Below are positions 1 to 12,479 of a stretch of 64,000 nucleotides of DNA, in pieces (the first letter of the stretch is position 1; every line of letters begins with the position of its first letter). The notes under the pieces are model-generated. The model saw nothing but the letters and a program-made list of their open reading frames with translations, was not told where the DNA came from and made no database searches. The stretch is from Octopus vulgaris (lineage: Eukaryota): positions 51,522,001 through 51,586,000 of the forward strand of contig OX597826.1 in assembly GCA_951406725.2 (NCBI GenBank), given 5' to 3'. Made by a program: the position numbers and the translations under genes.

Positions 1-563
1 ATATTATTTAATTACGCTCTACATTTTTATAATATAACACTTTATGTTCGAATCCCGCTGAGCCTTTTTTTCTTTTGGGCTCGATAAAAATATAATATAC
101 CAAGCGACGGTTTGGTACTTACTGGAACGTCGGATTGAATGTCTCTCAATCCCGACCCAGTGTGCACCGAGTTCAAATCCGGCTGGTCAACTCTGTTTTT
201 CCTCTTTCTGGATTCGATTAAACAGTACCGATTCCAGGCGATACATTGGCGCAAATATAAGAACATCGGAGTGGATTACTTGTGGTACTTCTCTGGTTCT
301 TTGCACATTGAGTTTAAATCCTATAACAGCCTACTTATTTGGGAGACTTTATTCATCATCCCGCTGGATCCATTCTATTGCAAATATTCGAGTCCACCCA
401 TCTCAGAAGCCATGTAAACGGTCATATCTACTGCTATCTCTCATGACCAAAAAGTGCTAGTGTGGCGCTATTATTGATATCATTGTATTGCCAAAGGTTA
501 ACCGCTGAACGACTAGACTTAGAAATAAAGAAGTTCTTGTCATGACCATTCCGTCTGATTAGA

Positions 564-1755
564 ATTCGGTTGTCAGATAAATTCACTGCTTTTATTTTTC
601 ATTGGCAATTTTAATAAATCAATCAATAATATATTCCCCTTCATTGTTCACCACTTCAAAGCCTTGGTAGCAGAAATTACTGGGTCGTGATTCGAAGAAT
701 TCCTGAAGCTACGTTTATTGCTCCACATTGTAGTTGACTGAAAAGCCTTGCAGATAAATGGAGAGTTATAGAAAAAAATACAATCTGAAGGCACTATGTC
801 AGGAGAATACGGTCTAATACGGCATTACAGCATTTTTTTAACGCAGGAGCCAAGAGTTGTAGTTTAAAGAAGTACGCCGTGTCAGTGGCCGGATCGTTTC
901 AGCTGACTTGCTTTGTTGATTCGGTGCATTTGTTGAACGTCAATCTCTGCATTAAGCATGTGCTTTGTTTCGTACTGAATTAGCCCTTCCCAATTCCACC
1001 AAATGCAAATCATTGTCTTGCGTAGATGCAACTCTGGTTTGGCTCGAGGTCTTGCTTGCTTGCTGGGACTCGGCAGTTCTTTCCTATGTTTTATACTGAC
1101 GTAAAGACCCCAGTTTCATCGCCAGTGTTCACTAGTAGCCCGGTGTCGAGTGAGTAAACCAGCGGTGATACAGGAGCACTGTAGTTTGTCTTTTTCGTTC
1201 AAAGCGTGTGGCGCACCATCACCGAGATTTACGACTTTACCTATGAAGTGGATGTGATGAATGGTGATATCATGAGAACATCCCATTTGCTGCGCAGATC
1301 TCGTGGATGAACTCATTCAATCGTTCCTCACTGAACTGAACAGGTCGGCCAGAACGCGAAAACGTTTGGGAAGTCGGAATTTACTTCCGTGAAACGTGAA
1401 CATAATTTTTGTCCAGTTCTTTCAACTATAGCTCCTTATCTGTATACAACACAACTGTCTCAAGCAGCTGTGGTTGCTTTGGAACTTTCGTTGAAAACAG
1501 GTGTCGAAAATGCTCATTTTGTCTACTTAGAACTCCACAGTCAACTTCCTGAAAAGAACCAACGTTTATTCAAATTTCAAAATCGATAAAGTAAAGCTGT
1601 AGTGGAAGAATAGAGCAACAAAAAGTAAGTAAATTAATAAAGAAAATAGTAAAATAAAATGAAATAAAAACAGAACACTATGGTGAAAATATTTTTCGTA
1701 TGAATCCAAGTAACATTGGGAAGAAACAAAAAAAAAAATAACTCACCAACCATTA
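564..1755 (-). mobile_element. Decayed, near full-length mariner (DD34D-type) DNA transposon; transposase pseudogene at ~619-1540
   Basis: Manual minus-strand translation across stops and frameshifts gives EHFRHLF, SRSGRPVQFSEERLNE, GAPHAL (WVPHEL motif), TGDE, KPELHLRKTMICIWWNWEGLIQYE, HGVLL, PYSPDIVPSD (YSPDLAPSD motif) and C-terminal VVNNEGEYIID* (stop 619-621). A TIR-like ATTCGGTTGTCAGATAAATTC starts at 564; the opposite end near 1740-1755 is degenerate and approximate. Confidence 0.92.
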
Positions 1756-1799
1756 TATCAGTGCTCATGTTGCATAATGCATTATTTTAATGATATATA

Positions 1800-2030
1800 T
1801 TTCTTTACTACCCACAAGTGCTAAACACAGAGGGGACAAACAAGGACAGACAAACGGATTAAGTCGATTACATCGATCCCAGTGCGTAACTGGTACTTAA
1901 TTTATCGACCCTGAAAGGATGAAAGGCAAAGTCGACCTCGACGGAATTTGAACTCAGAACGTAACGGCAGACGAAATACGGCTACGCATTTCGCCCGGCG
2001 TGCTAACGTTTCTGCCAGCTCGCCGCCTTA
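1800..2030 (-). mobile_element. tRNA-derived SINE, family B (head GGCGGCGAGCTGGCAGAA), full copy
   Basis: Reverse complement of the copy at 2548-2772. It has A/B-box-like GAGCTGGCAGAA and GAGTTCAAATTCC and a central GCCTTTCATCCTTTCGGGGTCGATAAA block. Flanked by the target-site duplication AATGATATA (1789-1797, 2032-2040). Confidence 0.92.
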
Positions 2031-2547
2031 AAATGATATAGTTTTGCGTGGCATATGACTGCTTTTTCTAGCAGTTCAAGCTTCTCTGCACCATTTCCCT
2101 AAGTTTGTGACTTTAAATAAATATCTCCATATAAGGAGAAATGCAGCAGATGGCAGAATCGGTATTTAGTCACGTCTCTTTATGATTTCAGCTCAAACTA
2201 CTCAGGATCAATGTTTCATGAAGAAACCTCCTGAGAGCAATTGCATTGTTGTTAACAATAGTGACCATCCTAAATCAGTGACACTGGAGTTATGTAAAAA
2301 TATAAAAACGGGAGAGATAGGTGAGAAGTGGTGGACGGTAGACGAAACGCATAGTAGTATCTGTTCACATTTATATATGTACATATACACACAGACACAC
2401 ATACTACCTATATACATTTATGTGTGTACATAAAACATTCGTAGACTACATACAAATACATTCATGCACACACACGCACACAAAAATATTTTCATGCTCG
2501 CGCGCACACACATAGTTGCATGTACGTATATATATATATATATATAT

Positions 2548-2770
2548 AAGGCGAGCTGGCAGAAACGTTAGCACGCCGGGCAAAGTGCGTAGCCGTATTT
2601 CGTCTGTCGTTACGTTGTGAGTTCAAATTCCGCCGAGGTCGACTTTGCCTTTCATCCTTTCGCGGTCGATAAATAAAGTACCAGTTACGCACTGGGGTCG
2701 ATGTAATCGACTTAATCCCTTTGTCTGTCCTTGTTTGTCCCCTCTATGTTTAGCCCCTTGTGGGCAATAA

Positions 2771-2772
<2 letters not shown>
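2548..2772 (+). mobile_element. SINE family B copy inside a (TA)n tract
   Basis: Same sequence as 1800-2030 in the opposite orientation, with (TA)n on both sides. Confidence 0.92.
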
Positions 2773-2822
<50 letters not shown>

Positions 2823-3025
2823 CGTCGAAATAGATACATATTCACATGAATGTGTATGTATTCTTATACGTGTACCTCATAAGGAAGCAAATTTACAAAC
2901 AGAAGGAAGGTTACTTAGCAATGAATGGTACGGTAGGTAGAACCATGAAAGAGAACACAGGTAGAGAGAGGGGGAGAGAGGAATAGAGAGAGAGGGGGGA
3001 GAAAGGAAGAGAAAGAGGGGAGAGC

Positions 3026-3063
<38 letters not shown>

Positions 3064-3119
3064 GCGAGAAAGACCAAGATCGACATCATCAAGTAGGCAG
3101 ACACCATTGCGCTTCACAA

Positions 3120-4230
3120 GAGAGAAGCGGTAGGTAAGAGATTTTGACAATTACCTGTGAAAGGGGACATGATGAGTTCCGGTCTGTAAAGCAATGTGAC
3201 GGTGTAAACCAAAATGGCGTAGTTGAAATGTGTGTGAGTACTTATGGGAAAAGTATTATGTGGAGGAGGGAGATAGGGGAGAATACCCTTAAAGATTTCC
3301 AACAAAGAGTCGAGCTATTGAAACTGATTCTTACTCAGTCGAAATAGCCATTAAGTGAAAGCTGAATAAGTCTCGCCAAGATGTTATGACTACTTACTTT
3401 ATGAAGTAGATTGAGGGACAATCGTTTGCATAAGTATAGTCAATCCAGTAGTATAGGTACGGGCTACCCCAGAAGACTGACGAAGCTGTATCGTTAGGTG
3501 CTGCAGAGAAGGTGGATTAGATAGGAGTAACCATAGAGGTCTTAGACTGTGGGATTATTTCATGAAAATATAGACTGTTAGTAGAAAGATAGTTTCTGCA
3601 ACCGTTCGGGTTGTCTTATTCGCTTTCATTTGCTGATGGTCTCTTTTACGTGAGACAACTAAAGTAAAACTGCTTAGCAAAGAGTTAGCTTCTATATCTA
3701 ACATTGGTTTACGCCGAGAAAACCTTTAACACATAATCGAACTTGGTAGTATATTGGATGCCAAGTAAAATACGTTTGTGCAAGTTATTTACAGAGATAT
3801 TTTTAACAATATGCGGGTAGCAACGAGTTTCTCGATGAACTTATATGCAGTTGGGTGTCCTCTTCTTAATCTCTTCCTCTTTGCTTTTTATTATTCTTAG
3901 CAGAGGAGCTTAAGACTGACGTTTTGAAGAAACGACGGTATGCTGATGAGCTGGCCCTCAAAACGTAATCTGTTGATGAATTAGCTAAGCAACACCAAAG
4001 GCGGAAGCGCAGATTAGAATCGAATGGTCTTGAAATAAACATAGGAAAGACAAATGTTTTACATACCACAAAGAAGACATGGAGTGATAATAATCGATAT
4101 GTAAAAAACAAATTGATAGAAATTCTGTTTTCTCTCATTCAGTGTATACTTTCAGGGTACAAAAAGTGTGGTGGATCAGGGATAGCGTGACAGAGCTGAT
4201 GTATAAGAGGAGTTACTGGAAGAAACGCAT
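3120..4230 (+). mobile_element. Highly decayed RTE-clade non-LTR retrotransposon (reverse transcriptase region)
   Basis: Remnant peptides LDRSNHRGLRL (cf. NYRGIKLL), DGLFYVRQLK*NCLAKS*LLYLTLVYAEKTFN (cf. DAIFLVRQLQEKYLAK..LYLAFVDLEKAFD) and YADELALKT*SVDELAKQHQRRKRRLESNGLEINIGKTNVL (YADD motif region). Many stops; ends approximate. Confidence 0.85.
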
Positions 4231-6184
4231 ACACATATGTTATATGGTCGGATGTCTCTCTTACATTTAGATTATAGCTTCTGACTTTCCATCCATGGCT
4301 TTGCTTAAAGTAAAAATAACAAACCGAAGCTATACGTAGAAATAGAGAACTGTATTTTGTATCGCTTTAGAATAGTGATCTAATTCTTTATCAAAATATT
4401 TTTGTTTAACAACGATCTAAATCAATAACATAATTTTAAATGTTTTCATTTTTGCTTTTTATGATTAGAGTTGCTTGAAAATGATTTCGTAAATATACAA
4501 TAATTTAGGAAATAAAAAAGAAAAAAATAGATTTTCATTATCATGAACACATACTAAAAGAACAAGTATTTTGTTAAAATAACATACATACAACTTTTAC
4601 AAGAGAGATCTAGTATAATGGACGCCATATTAAATGAAGAATACTTCTGAGAGTTTCAGCTTGAAATAAGTGAAAAAGAGATCGAATTATCATTATTATT
4701 GGCAATATTACTTTCAGATTATAGATTCAGTAGTTTATCTTTATAGATTTGATTTCCTGATCCAATATCACTCTGCATATATTTCATTCTGTGTTATTGC
4801 AATACCAACAATAGATTTGTTTCCCTAACCAATTTACGTCTCGTAATATACAACATCACACGCGTTTATATAGAGAATTTGTAAAATGATAATATTGTGT
4901 TGCTTAGCAAAATTTCCGCAGCATAAAAATTCAATTCATCCGAAAGTCGTGACCCACTTTCTATAGATAATTTCCAATTCCTTTGAGTAAAGGTAATGGA
5001 TGCCACAACTGAATAATTCTTTGCATCAATATATTCGAAAATTCAAATGAAGCATCACTGAATTTTCCACAAAGCATGCTGGATTGATTAGATGTTGCAC
5101 TGTTAACGAAAGAAGCATCATTATATGTAGACGAACTGCACGGTTCACAATAATGTACAAACCAGGGGGTCGGTCAATAAGGTGAAATAAACCTCTAAGA
5201 TGCTTTGCCCGATACAGAAACTACTGGAGCGACTCAGAGGTTTTGCAAACTTCCCTTCAGAACCCATTACAACGTTGGAAAGTAATCCTTATCGTTAACC
5301 GATAGTTCAGAGTAACAAGCGTCTCTGCCCTTACATTGAAGGCTTCACCTGAGTGGGTCACCGAACACTGAATTAGTCTCCGCCTGTAGAAGAGTTCCAT
5401 CTGTGGTCTTTTGTCAATCAGTCAATTTGAAATAGTTTCAGCTGTCGTGCCTATCTATTTCAGTCGTTTGTATTTCGAGCGATCTTCCGCGGAACGAATG
5501 CTGCTGCGAAGCCACGGCAGCTGAATTCAGCAGGGAATGATGCATGCCATACGTTGACAAAGGCCGCATCGATCAAGAACTGATATTGAGATTTTTTAGC
5601 TGTTGAGAAACGCTGAGTTTGCTCTCCTAGGATACTTGTAGGCTCCACGATGCTGATTGAATTCACGGTTCTTCAAGTGAGTAAAAAAATATGTAACCGG
5701 CGAATATTTGAAAATATGGGTCTGGTCGATTTCTCTTATTAGTATAAATGACACTGGAGTATGCTTTGCAGACTGGCAGATACGAAATAAAGAAAAAGAA
5801 AAATGCAATTTACTAGATAAGCTCTATCAGCTTATACAGTATGTGACACATTAATCGGTTAGCTTCTTAATTCTCTTTAGCATTTCAGTATGTTTGCTAA
5901 CAGTGAAAAGCTCAGTAGACATGTTAAAATTAACAAATAGTTACAGGTGATCAGTTATAATTAATTTTTCTAAAAGGAAATCAATATTTTTATACAACAC
6001 CGACACACACACATTTATATGAATATAAACTTTGTACGTGGCCATACCTTGTAGAATTCAGACTGCAATTACTGCCAAAAGTGGTCCTATCCGATATTAA
6101 AATATATTTGTTTGAAATGTTAAGGTGTTTCCATTAATTTGTCCAACACAAACCGATTATAGTAGTGACTCCATCTAAGTATAT

Positions 6185-6215
6185 CTGAAGAAGGAATTTT
6201 ATTCCGAAATATCAT
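6185..6215 (+). ncRNA. Hammerhead-ribozyme-like core (degenerate) in a probable Penelope-type repeat end
   Basis: CTGAAGA-A-GGAAT-TTT-ATTCC-GAAA: both conserved core segments flank a 5-bp stem II. Helices I and III are not convincingly formed. Confidence 0.4.
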
Positions 6216-6324
6216 ATCAGACTATGGATAACTAAATTACAACAGGTATATAGCCCATTGTATTATAGTGCATTGTTGTACCAGTCAAAACCTTTTTATT
6301 CTTTATATATATATACATATATAA

Positions 6325-6706
6325 AGGTGGCATCACCTTTAAGGTACATCCAAGGCTTCGGCCCCGTGCCATCCGCCCAAAACAAAAATCGCACTCTCAT
6401 CTCATAACAACAATACGGCACAATTATTTCACCTCAATTGGCCCCGCTCTCTTTAACATTACACCAAAACACATTAAAACAGAAACTGACCCTATAGGGT
6501 TCAAGAAGTCTTTGGACAGATTCCTTCAAGAAATCCCGGATAAACCCCCTACACCCGGATATGTCTCTGTAAACAATAACTCTCTACTTGAGTGGGCCAT
6601 AGTGCCCAAATTCTGACTTGAAAGACTTCACCAGGTGGTACTATTAAGTTAGACATGGCCTGGGCCAATAATGGCCGAAACCTATCAAAGTATCAAAGTA
6701 TCAAAG
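6325..6706 (+). mobile_element. 3' fragment of a CR1-group LINE (ORF2 C-terminus, 3' UTR and (TATCAAAG)3 tail)
   Basis: Encodes GITFKVHPRLRPRAIRPKQKSHSHLITTIRHNYFTSIGPALFNITPKHIKTETDPIGFKKSLDRFLQEIPDKP. Homologous to 35808-36339, ends in a short tandem tail and sits within TA repeats. Confidence 0.85.
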
Positions 6707-6749
6707 TATATATATACACACCACATATATATATATATATATATATATA

Positions 6750-6926
6750 GGGAGAGTTTACGAAAAAAACCAAAGACGAAGACAGGTGTCTTACAAAACA
6801 AACAGATGTATTCGCATAACGCTCAGGAATAGAAAAAGTCTTTTACGTTTCGAGCCTACGCTCTTCTACAGAAAGGGACACAGAAAAAACCAAGGCGAGA
6901 AAAAAATGTATATAGTGGCTAACGAT
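6750..6926 (-). mobile_element. Penelope-like element terminal (pLTR) remnant with a hammerhead-like motif
   Basis: Minus strand 6871-6844 reads CTGTAGA-A-GAGC-GTAG-GCTC-GAAAC-GTA, a minimal hammerhead with palindromic ACGT at helix III and A6 changed to U. Abuts a (TA)n tract. Confidence 0.6.
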
Positions 6927-7012
6927 AAAGAGGGGAGAGACAGAGAGAGTAAGAGAGCGAAACGAAAACCACATGTAGAGGTATGTGGTTTAGTACTTCG
7001 TGTTGAACTTAC

Positions 7013-7129
7013 GATTGTGAGATGATTGTTTCAATTCGCAGACTGGTATTAACATTGAGTAGACATCAATTACTGCTATCTTTTGGAGAGTGATGAAAGT
7101 CTTGATACGTATCTCTTCTTTTCTGAAGC
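7013..7129 (-). other. Candidate 117-nt internal exon of an unidentified minus-strand transcript
   Basis: Strong acceptor TTTTTTTTTTCCAACTTTCTTGCAG| and perfect donor |GTAAGT. Length is divisible by 3 and one frame is open (GFRKEEIRIKTFITLQKIAVIDVYSMLIPVCELKQSSHN). No homology recognised. Confidence 0.35.
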
Positions 7130-7618
7130 CTGCAAGAAAGTTGGAAAAAAAAAATTATTTTGTTTATTTAAATATAAATTATTTACGAAATACAAGAATT
7201 GTGTTTCTATTCTATTTCAAAATTAATCATTGCGGCGCGCTTTCTTACTTAAATAGATCATAATCCCTCAGGGAATTTCCACTTATAGAAAAAGTACCGA
7301 AATAGTAAATATTGAAAATAAAACTGTTGAATATAAATAGGAATAGAATGGAGAAATAATAAGAGAATGGTTAAATTTGATGAGAAATTATTGCTAAAAT
7401 TTCATTAAAATCTGCTTTTCTTCTTAGAATGTAGATACAAGTATTTCATTATTCATAAAACGTGAATGCCAATGGAAATAATTCTGTACTCGAAAAAAAA
7501 TGAAGTGAAATCAGCTAAATATAGAAGCGATTCATCCATAATTAACTTGAGTTTTGTCACATAATCTGATGATAATCCAACGTGTTTTCATTGGCCAACT
7601 TCTAAATTGGTACTGAAA

Positions 7619-7620
<2 letters not shown>

Positions 7621-7698
<78 letters not shown>
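7621..7698. repeat. Compound microsatellite (CA)n(CT)n
   Basis: Seen directly. Confidence 0.97.
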
Positions 7699-7700
<2 letters not shown>

Positions 7701-8543
7701 GCACACACACACATTGTGGATTATTATGACAGAATTTCTGTGCATATCCTACCCGTATATTTTTTTGCAGGATGTATACTCACTTAGACTTCGCTTTAAA
7801 AAATCTTACCCCGAAGCCGACAGCGAAGGAAAAAATGTCTTAGAAACCTTGATACCGCTCCCTTTATGAGATCTCCATCAGCATAGTAGCTCCCACCGTG
7901 GCAGACAAGAAGTCGGAATTGTCTTGTTTAAGGGTATTCTATATATTACGTTAAGCCATTATACTACGTGCCATATATGGCATTACAAGTTTAATGTAAT
8001 ATGTGGATATCTTGGATCTCCAGGGAAGCACGTGTTTGCCATATATTCAGAGTAAAACTCATAGTCAGGAGTCTACCACGTTATGCACAGTAAGGGCTAA
8101 TGCACGCTTATTTCATGCAGTGATTTGTTCCTCTTCTATGGTATTAATTAGAGCATGGTGAACTGGGTTACTTGGATGTATACACATTCATCACCATCGT
8201 CGTTGTCGTCATCATCATCATCCTCATGTTAAACTCCTGAACATTAATGTTAAGGGATAGGACACATACTTTTAGTCATTTACAGATAAGTGGATTGGAA
8301 CAACGTTAAATGAAATGTTTTGCTCAAGATCACAACGTACCGCCCATTCTGGGAATTGAAACCAGGAACTTGTGATTGTGATTGCAACATACTAATGACA
8401 AGGCCACATTACCCATCTTCAAAAGGAATTGGGATACTGCCCTTTCGATCTGGCAATCGTTTTGTGAGCATGCCTTTAAATATCAACTGCCATGCAGCAA
8501 GGACATGTCGATATGTTCCTATGTTCAAACATTACAAAGATAT

Positions 8544-8546
<3 letters not shown>

Positions 8547-8604
<58 letters not shown>

Positions 8605-8631
8605 TAGAGAGAAAGACAAAGAGAGAGAGAG
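8547..8631. repeat. (GA)n microsatellite
   Basis: Seen directly; explains the RERERE ORFs. Confidence 0.97.
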
Positions 8632-11600
8632 TTTTAAAATTTACTTGTATAGAGAACACGTAGATGTACGTTATAAGTTATGAATATTTTCTTAAATTGC
8701 CATAGTGAACACCTATTATTCATTACACAAGCAAGTTTCCTTCTTTAACCTCGACAACGAAATACTTCGAAGATTAAAATAGCGTTGAATATTCTGCCAA
8801 TGGTACCATTAATGTTACGCGTAACTAGCAACACAATGATCAATTGTTCTCTTCTGTGAGAGGATAAAGTTAATATTCTATTTTGGTAAAATTCTATTGA
8901 AATAATCGATAATTTTCATGTTAAAAACTCATAAATTTTTGCTCAAAGTTTTAATTTTAAAATAAATTTATATTGATTCTATCTTCGTCAAAATTCGAAT
9001 ATTTTTGTAAGGAAAGTAAGCAGATGTTATTTATTAAATACCTTTTATATTACTGGTATCGTAATTTTTTTTAATGTATGCTGAATTGAGAGTTAAATTT
9101 TGTTGTGCTGTGGTTTAAAACTGAAGAAAGCATTTCATCATAGAGATGATAATGTGTAGACATAGTGAAGTCAACACGCGGAGACGTTCCTCTCATATAT
9201 TTGGAAATCGTTAATAGTTCAAGGGAAGATATATAGATAAGAGCTCGTGCATGGGTGAGACTGAGGTGGTTACTATATACGGGATAAGAGGAGAAAAAGG
9301 AACACTAGATAGAAAGAGGAGAGAAAAAATATGAATGAAAGAAAGAAAGGAGAAAGTGAAGGAGAAAGCAGAGAAGAAATAGAAGGAAGAGGAACAGGTA
9401 GAATAAAAGAAGGAGGAGGAAGAGGAGAAGAACATATCAAGTGGAATATTTGCTCGCAGGTCATACCAAAGTACAAAAATGAGCTGGATGTAATCATGTT
9501 TCACTATTTGTTCGATAACTTACTTAACACAAAGCATTTCTATTTTGCCTGGGAATGGCAGAAGAATGCATAAGATATTTTTTTCTTTGTCTTCATGTGC
9601 CTCTCATGCGGCGGATGTATCCAGCAATATGGTGTAGCCAACCTTGTTTCCCTGAACAAGTAACTCGAAAATAGAACGAAAAATGTGACAACAACTGTTA
9701 GGCTTGAGCAATACTAAAGATATCTCTTGACTGTTGCACATTCGTAAACTAGTAATAAACTGCATCATAAAAATCACCCTTTGTTTAAATAACCAGAAAA
9801 TATTTCACCTCACGGAAATTAATAACTTATTTCAGAGATAAAATGGTTTCCTGGATCCTAGATTTGAAGAGGTGCTGTTGTTATATTCACAGATATACTA
9901 CAGTGCTATATTATGTTACATTCACAGATTTACTACAGTGTGTATGTTTGTTTGTGTGTGTGTGTGTGTGCATGTGTGTGTGTGTGTGTGTATAAAGCGT
10001 GTATATATTTGCGTATATATTATACATACACACTTAAATATTCATTTAAACAACTCTGATTTTTATGGTTTCCTATTGTGTGGTGTCATGGTACCCGTGT
10101 GGGATATAATAAACTTTAGCAGCAAGAGTTAAATGTTTCTGCGATAAAACCACTACCAGTCGGATGATCATTTTAGTGTACTTCTTCCGGCTCATATCCA
10201 TCGGTGGTTAACGTTGCTTTTCATTCTTTCGTTGTTGATACATGTAGGCAAATACAGAAGTCACTGTAACTGACTAGCACCCTTCCCATAAGTTTGCTAG
10301 TCTCATGCCTAAATTTGACACACTTATATAAATCATTAAGATGTCAACCGGAGGAAGAAACATCACCTTACTGACTCAGAATTAAACTTACTTAGTTCCG
10401 TTTAATTCTTACGTATGTAAATATATGCAAATGCTGTGGTCAGCACAGATCAGTTTCTGCTGTTGGGTTTAGAAGAGAAGTGGGGAGGGAACAAAATATG
10501 AAATGAAAAAAGAAAAAGCGAAATAGGTGTTAAGCCGAATGGTTTTGTTCAATGTGACCCACGGTGCTATGAAATAAATACTTGTGCATCGGAGTAGATT
10601 AAATTAAAAGGAGACAAGATGAAAATCGTGTAGATATCTTGAATAGAGTTTTTGTTGAGTAAAGAGGAAAACTTTTGTGGGGAATAGCTGACAAAAATAA
10701 TGATTAATGCAGAAAAATAAACGTTTGGTAGAAATTTACTGGTGTTCGATGAGGCAAAATAAGTCGACTTCGCGTGATAAAATTTACGAGATCCTACTTG
10801 GAAATGGTCCAGAAGCAAGAAGAATTTGATTTGAGAGTCGTTTGTTGTACGCTGACCCAAAGGGAAGTCAGTTAATCACATAGATATGCCAAGTTGTATT
10901 TTATACAACTGGAGATTATTTCCCAGATATTTTCATCGATATCGCTTTAACAAGTGTTTCCTGAGTTTTATCACGGAATCAAGACAATTTAGTGTTGATG
11001 TACAAAAAAAAATAGTGTTATGTTATCAGTAGATCTTTTGGAATAGAATTCGTAGAGTAATATTATTACTTATTCACCTCTAGGTAAATATAGTTATCAT
11101 TTCTATAATTTTCAGATGAAGCTAGAATAAATAGAAATTATTATTATTATTGATATTATTATCATCAATGATAATAAGGAATCGAATTATCTAAATTACT
11201 TGGACATGTCCACTTATATAATTTGTATTTGCTTCAAGGCAAACGTTTCTTTTGATATTCAGGAAACAATCATCACTTGAGAGCGTTACATTTTTGTTTG
11301 CCACTATTAGTTTATTCTGTATCCAGACCGATTATGCTTATATGTGTGTGCGTGTGTGTGTGCAGACGCACGCGCGTGCTCGTATATATGTGTACATACA
11401 TTTATACGTATCTGATAATTCAACACGTCTATTTGATCGTCAGTTGCAGGCTCAACGTCATTCAGAACGTATCTTTCACTCTTTATAGACGTATGTCAAA
11501 CTCTCTCCTTGTCCCTTCGACAAGCCATAGCTTGAACAAGATCTCCCCTTTGTATGACTTATGTCCCACCTGTTGCTTTTACCAGGAAATTATAATGTCG

Positions 11601-11665
11601 AAAGTTCTACCAATGCAATTTTATTTGCCATGTCCCATAAATTATATTCGATTTATTAACTACTT

Positions 11666-11831
11666 AGGTGCAGGAGTGGCTGTGTGGTAAGTAGCTTCCT
11701 TACCAACCACATGGTTCTGGGTTCAGTCCCACTGCGTGGCACCTTGGGCAAGTGTCTTCTACTATAGCTTTGGGCCGACCAAAGCCTTGTGAGTGGATTT
11801 GGTAGACGGAAACAGAAAGAAGCCAGTCGTA

Positions 11832-11906
<75 letters not shown>

Positions 11907-12125
11907 ATGTGTATTTGTGTGTCTTTGTTTGTTCCCCCAACACCGCTTGACAACCGATGCTGGTGGGTTTACGTCCACGTAACTTAGCGGTTCGGCTAAA
12001 GAGATCCGATAGAATAAGTACTAGGCTTACAAAGAATAAGTCCTGGGGTCGATTTGCTTGACTAAAGGCGGTGCTCCAGCATGGGCGCAGTCAAATGACT
12101 GAATCAAGTAAAAGAGTGAAAGAGT
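11666..12125 (+). mobile_element. tRNA-derived SINE, family A (GCAGGAGTGGCTGTGTGGTAAG head, internal (TA)n(TG)n, (AAAAGAGT)n tail)
   Basis: A-box-like TGGCTGTGTGG and B-box-like GGTTCAGTCCC, ending CAGCATGGCCGCAGTCAAATGACTGAAACAAGTAAAAGAG-like. At least nine near-complete copies occur in the window. Confidence 0.93.
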
Positions 12126-12479
12126 ACTTTAACATATAGTTGTTTATCACAAGAACAGAAAATAATAAAATATATTTGGTGTTGTTGAACATAAAGCGAA
12201 ACGGTGTCAGTATTTGCAATTGGCAGCGATATTAGGATATTTGAAAAGCTTCGCTGTTGCTGCAATGCAGTAACATCAGTGCGTTGCATGACATTGTCCA
12301 CAAAGAGTTCTTGTCTGCATTCCATGTCACAGTCTTCACTCCGATAGTTCCTATACCGACGATGCAGATACCAATCGTGAAATTAGTGGTATACTGATAT
12401 TTAGCGTATTAATGATAATTATTATAATTTTAACGAGAATTATTGTGTTAGTGGTAGTAATGTCCTTGGAAATATCAGT

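Noticed and set aside
3942-3966. CTGATGAG-CTGGCC-CTC-AAAACGT resembles a hammerhead core
   Set aside because: It is the YAD(D/E)LAL coding motif of the RTE reverse transcriptase and lacks the GAAA.
7110-7129. G|FR at the start of the candidate exon recalls the T-box C-terminal FAKGFR
   Set aside because: No upstream T-box exons were found in the window, and three residues are not evidence.
11656-11987. Recurrent ORFs such as [12 protein letters not shown] and [16 protein letters not shown] at many loci
   Set aside because: Chance translations of SINE family A, not a gene family.
12104-12380. GC-richer segment with a 73-aa ORF
   Set aside because: No recognisable domain or convincing splice pair, and the ORF runs into a SINE tail.
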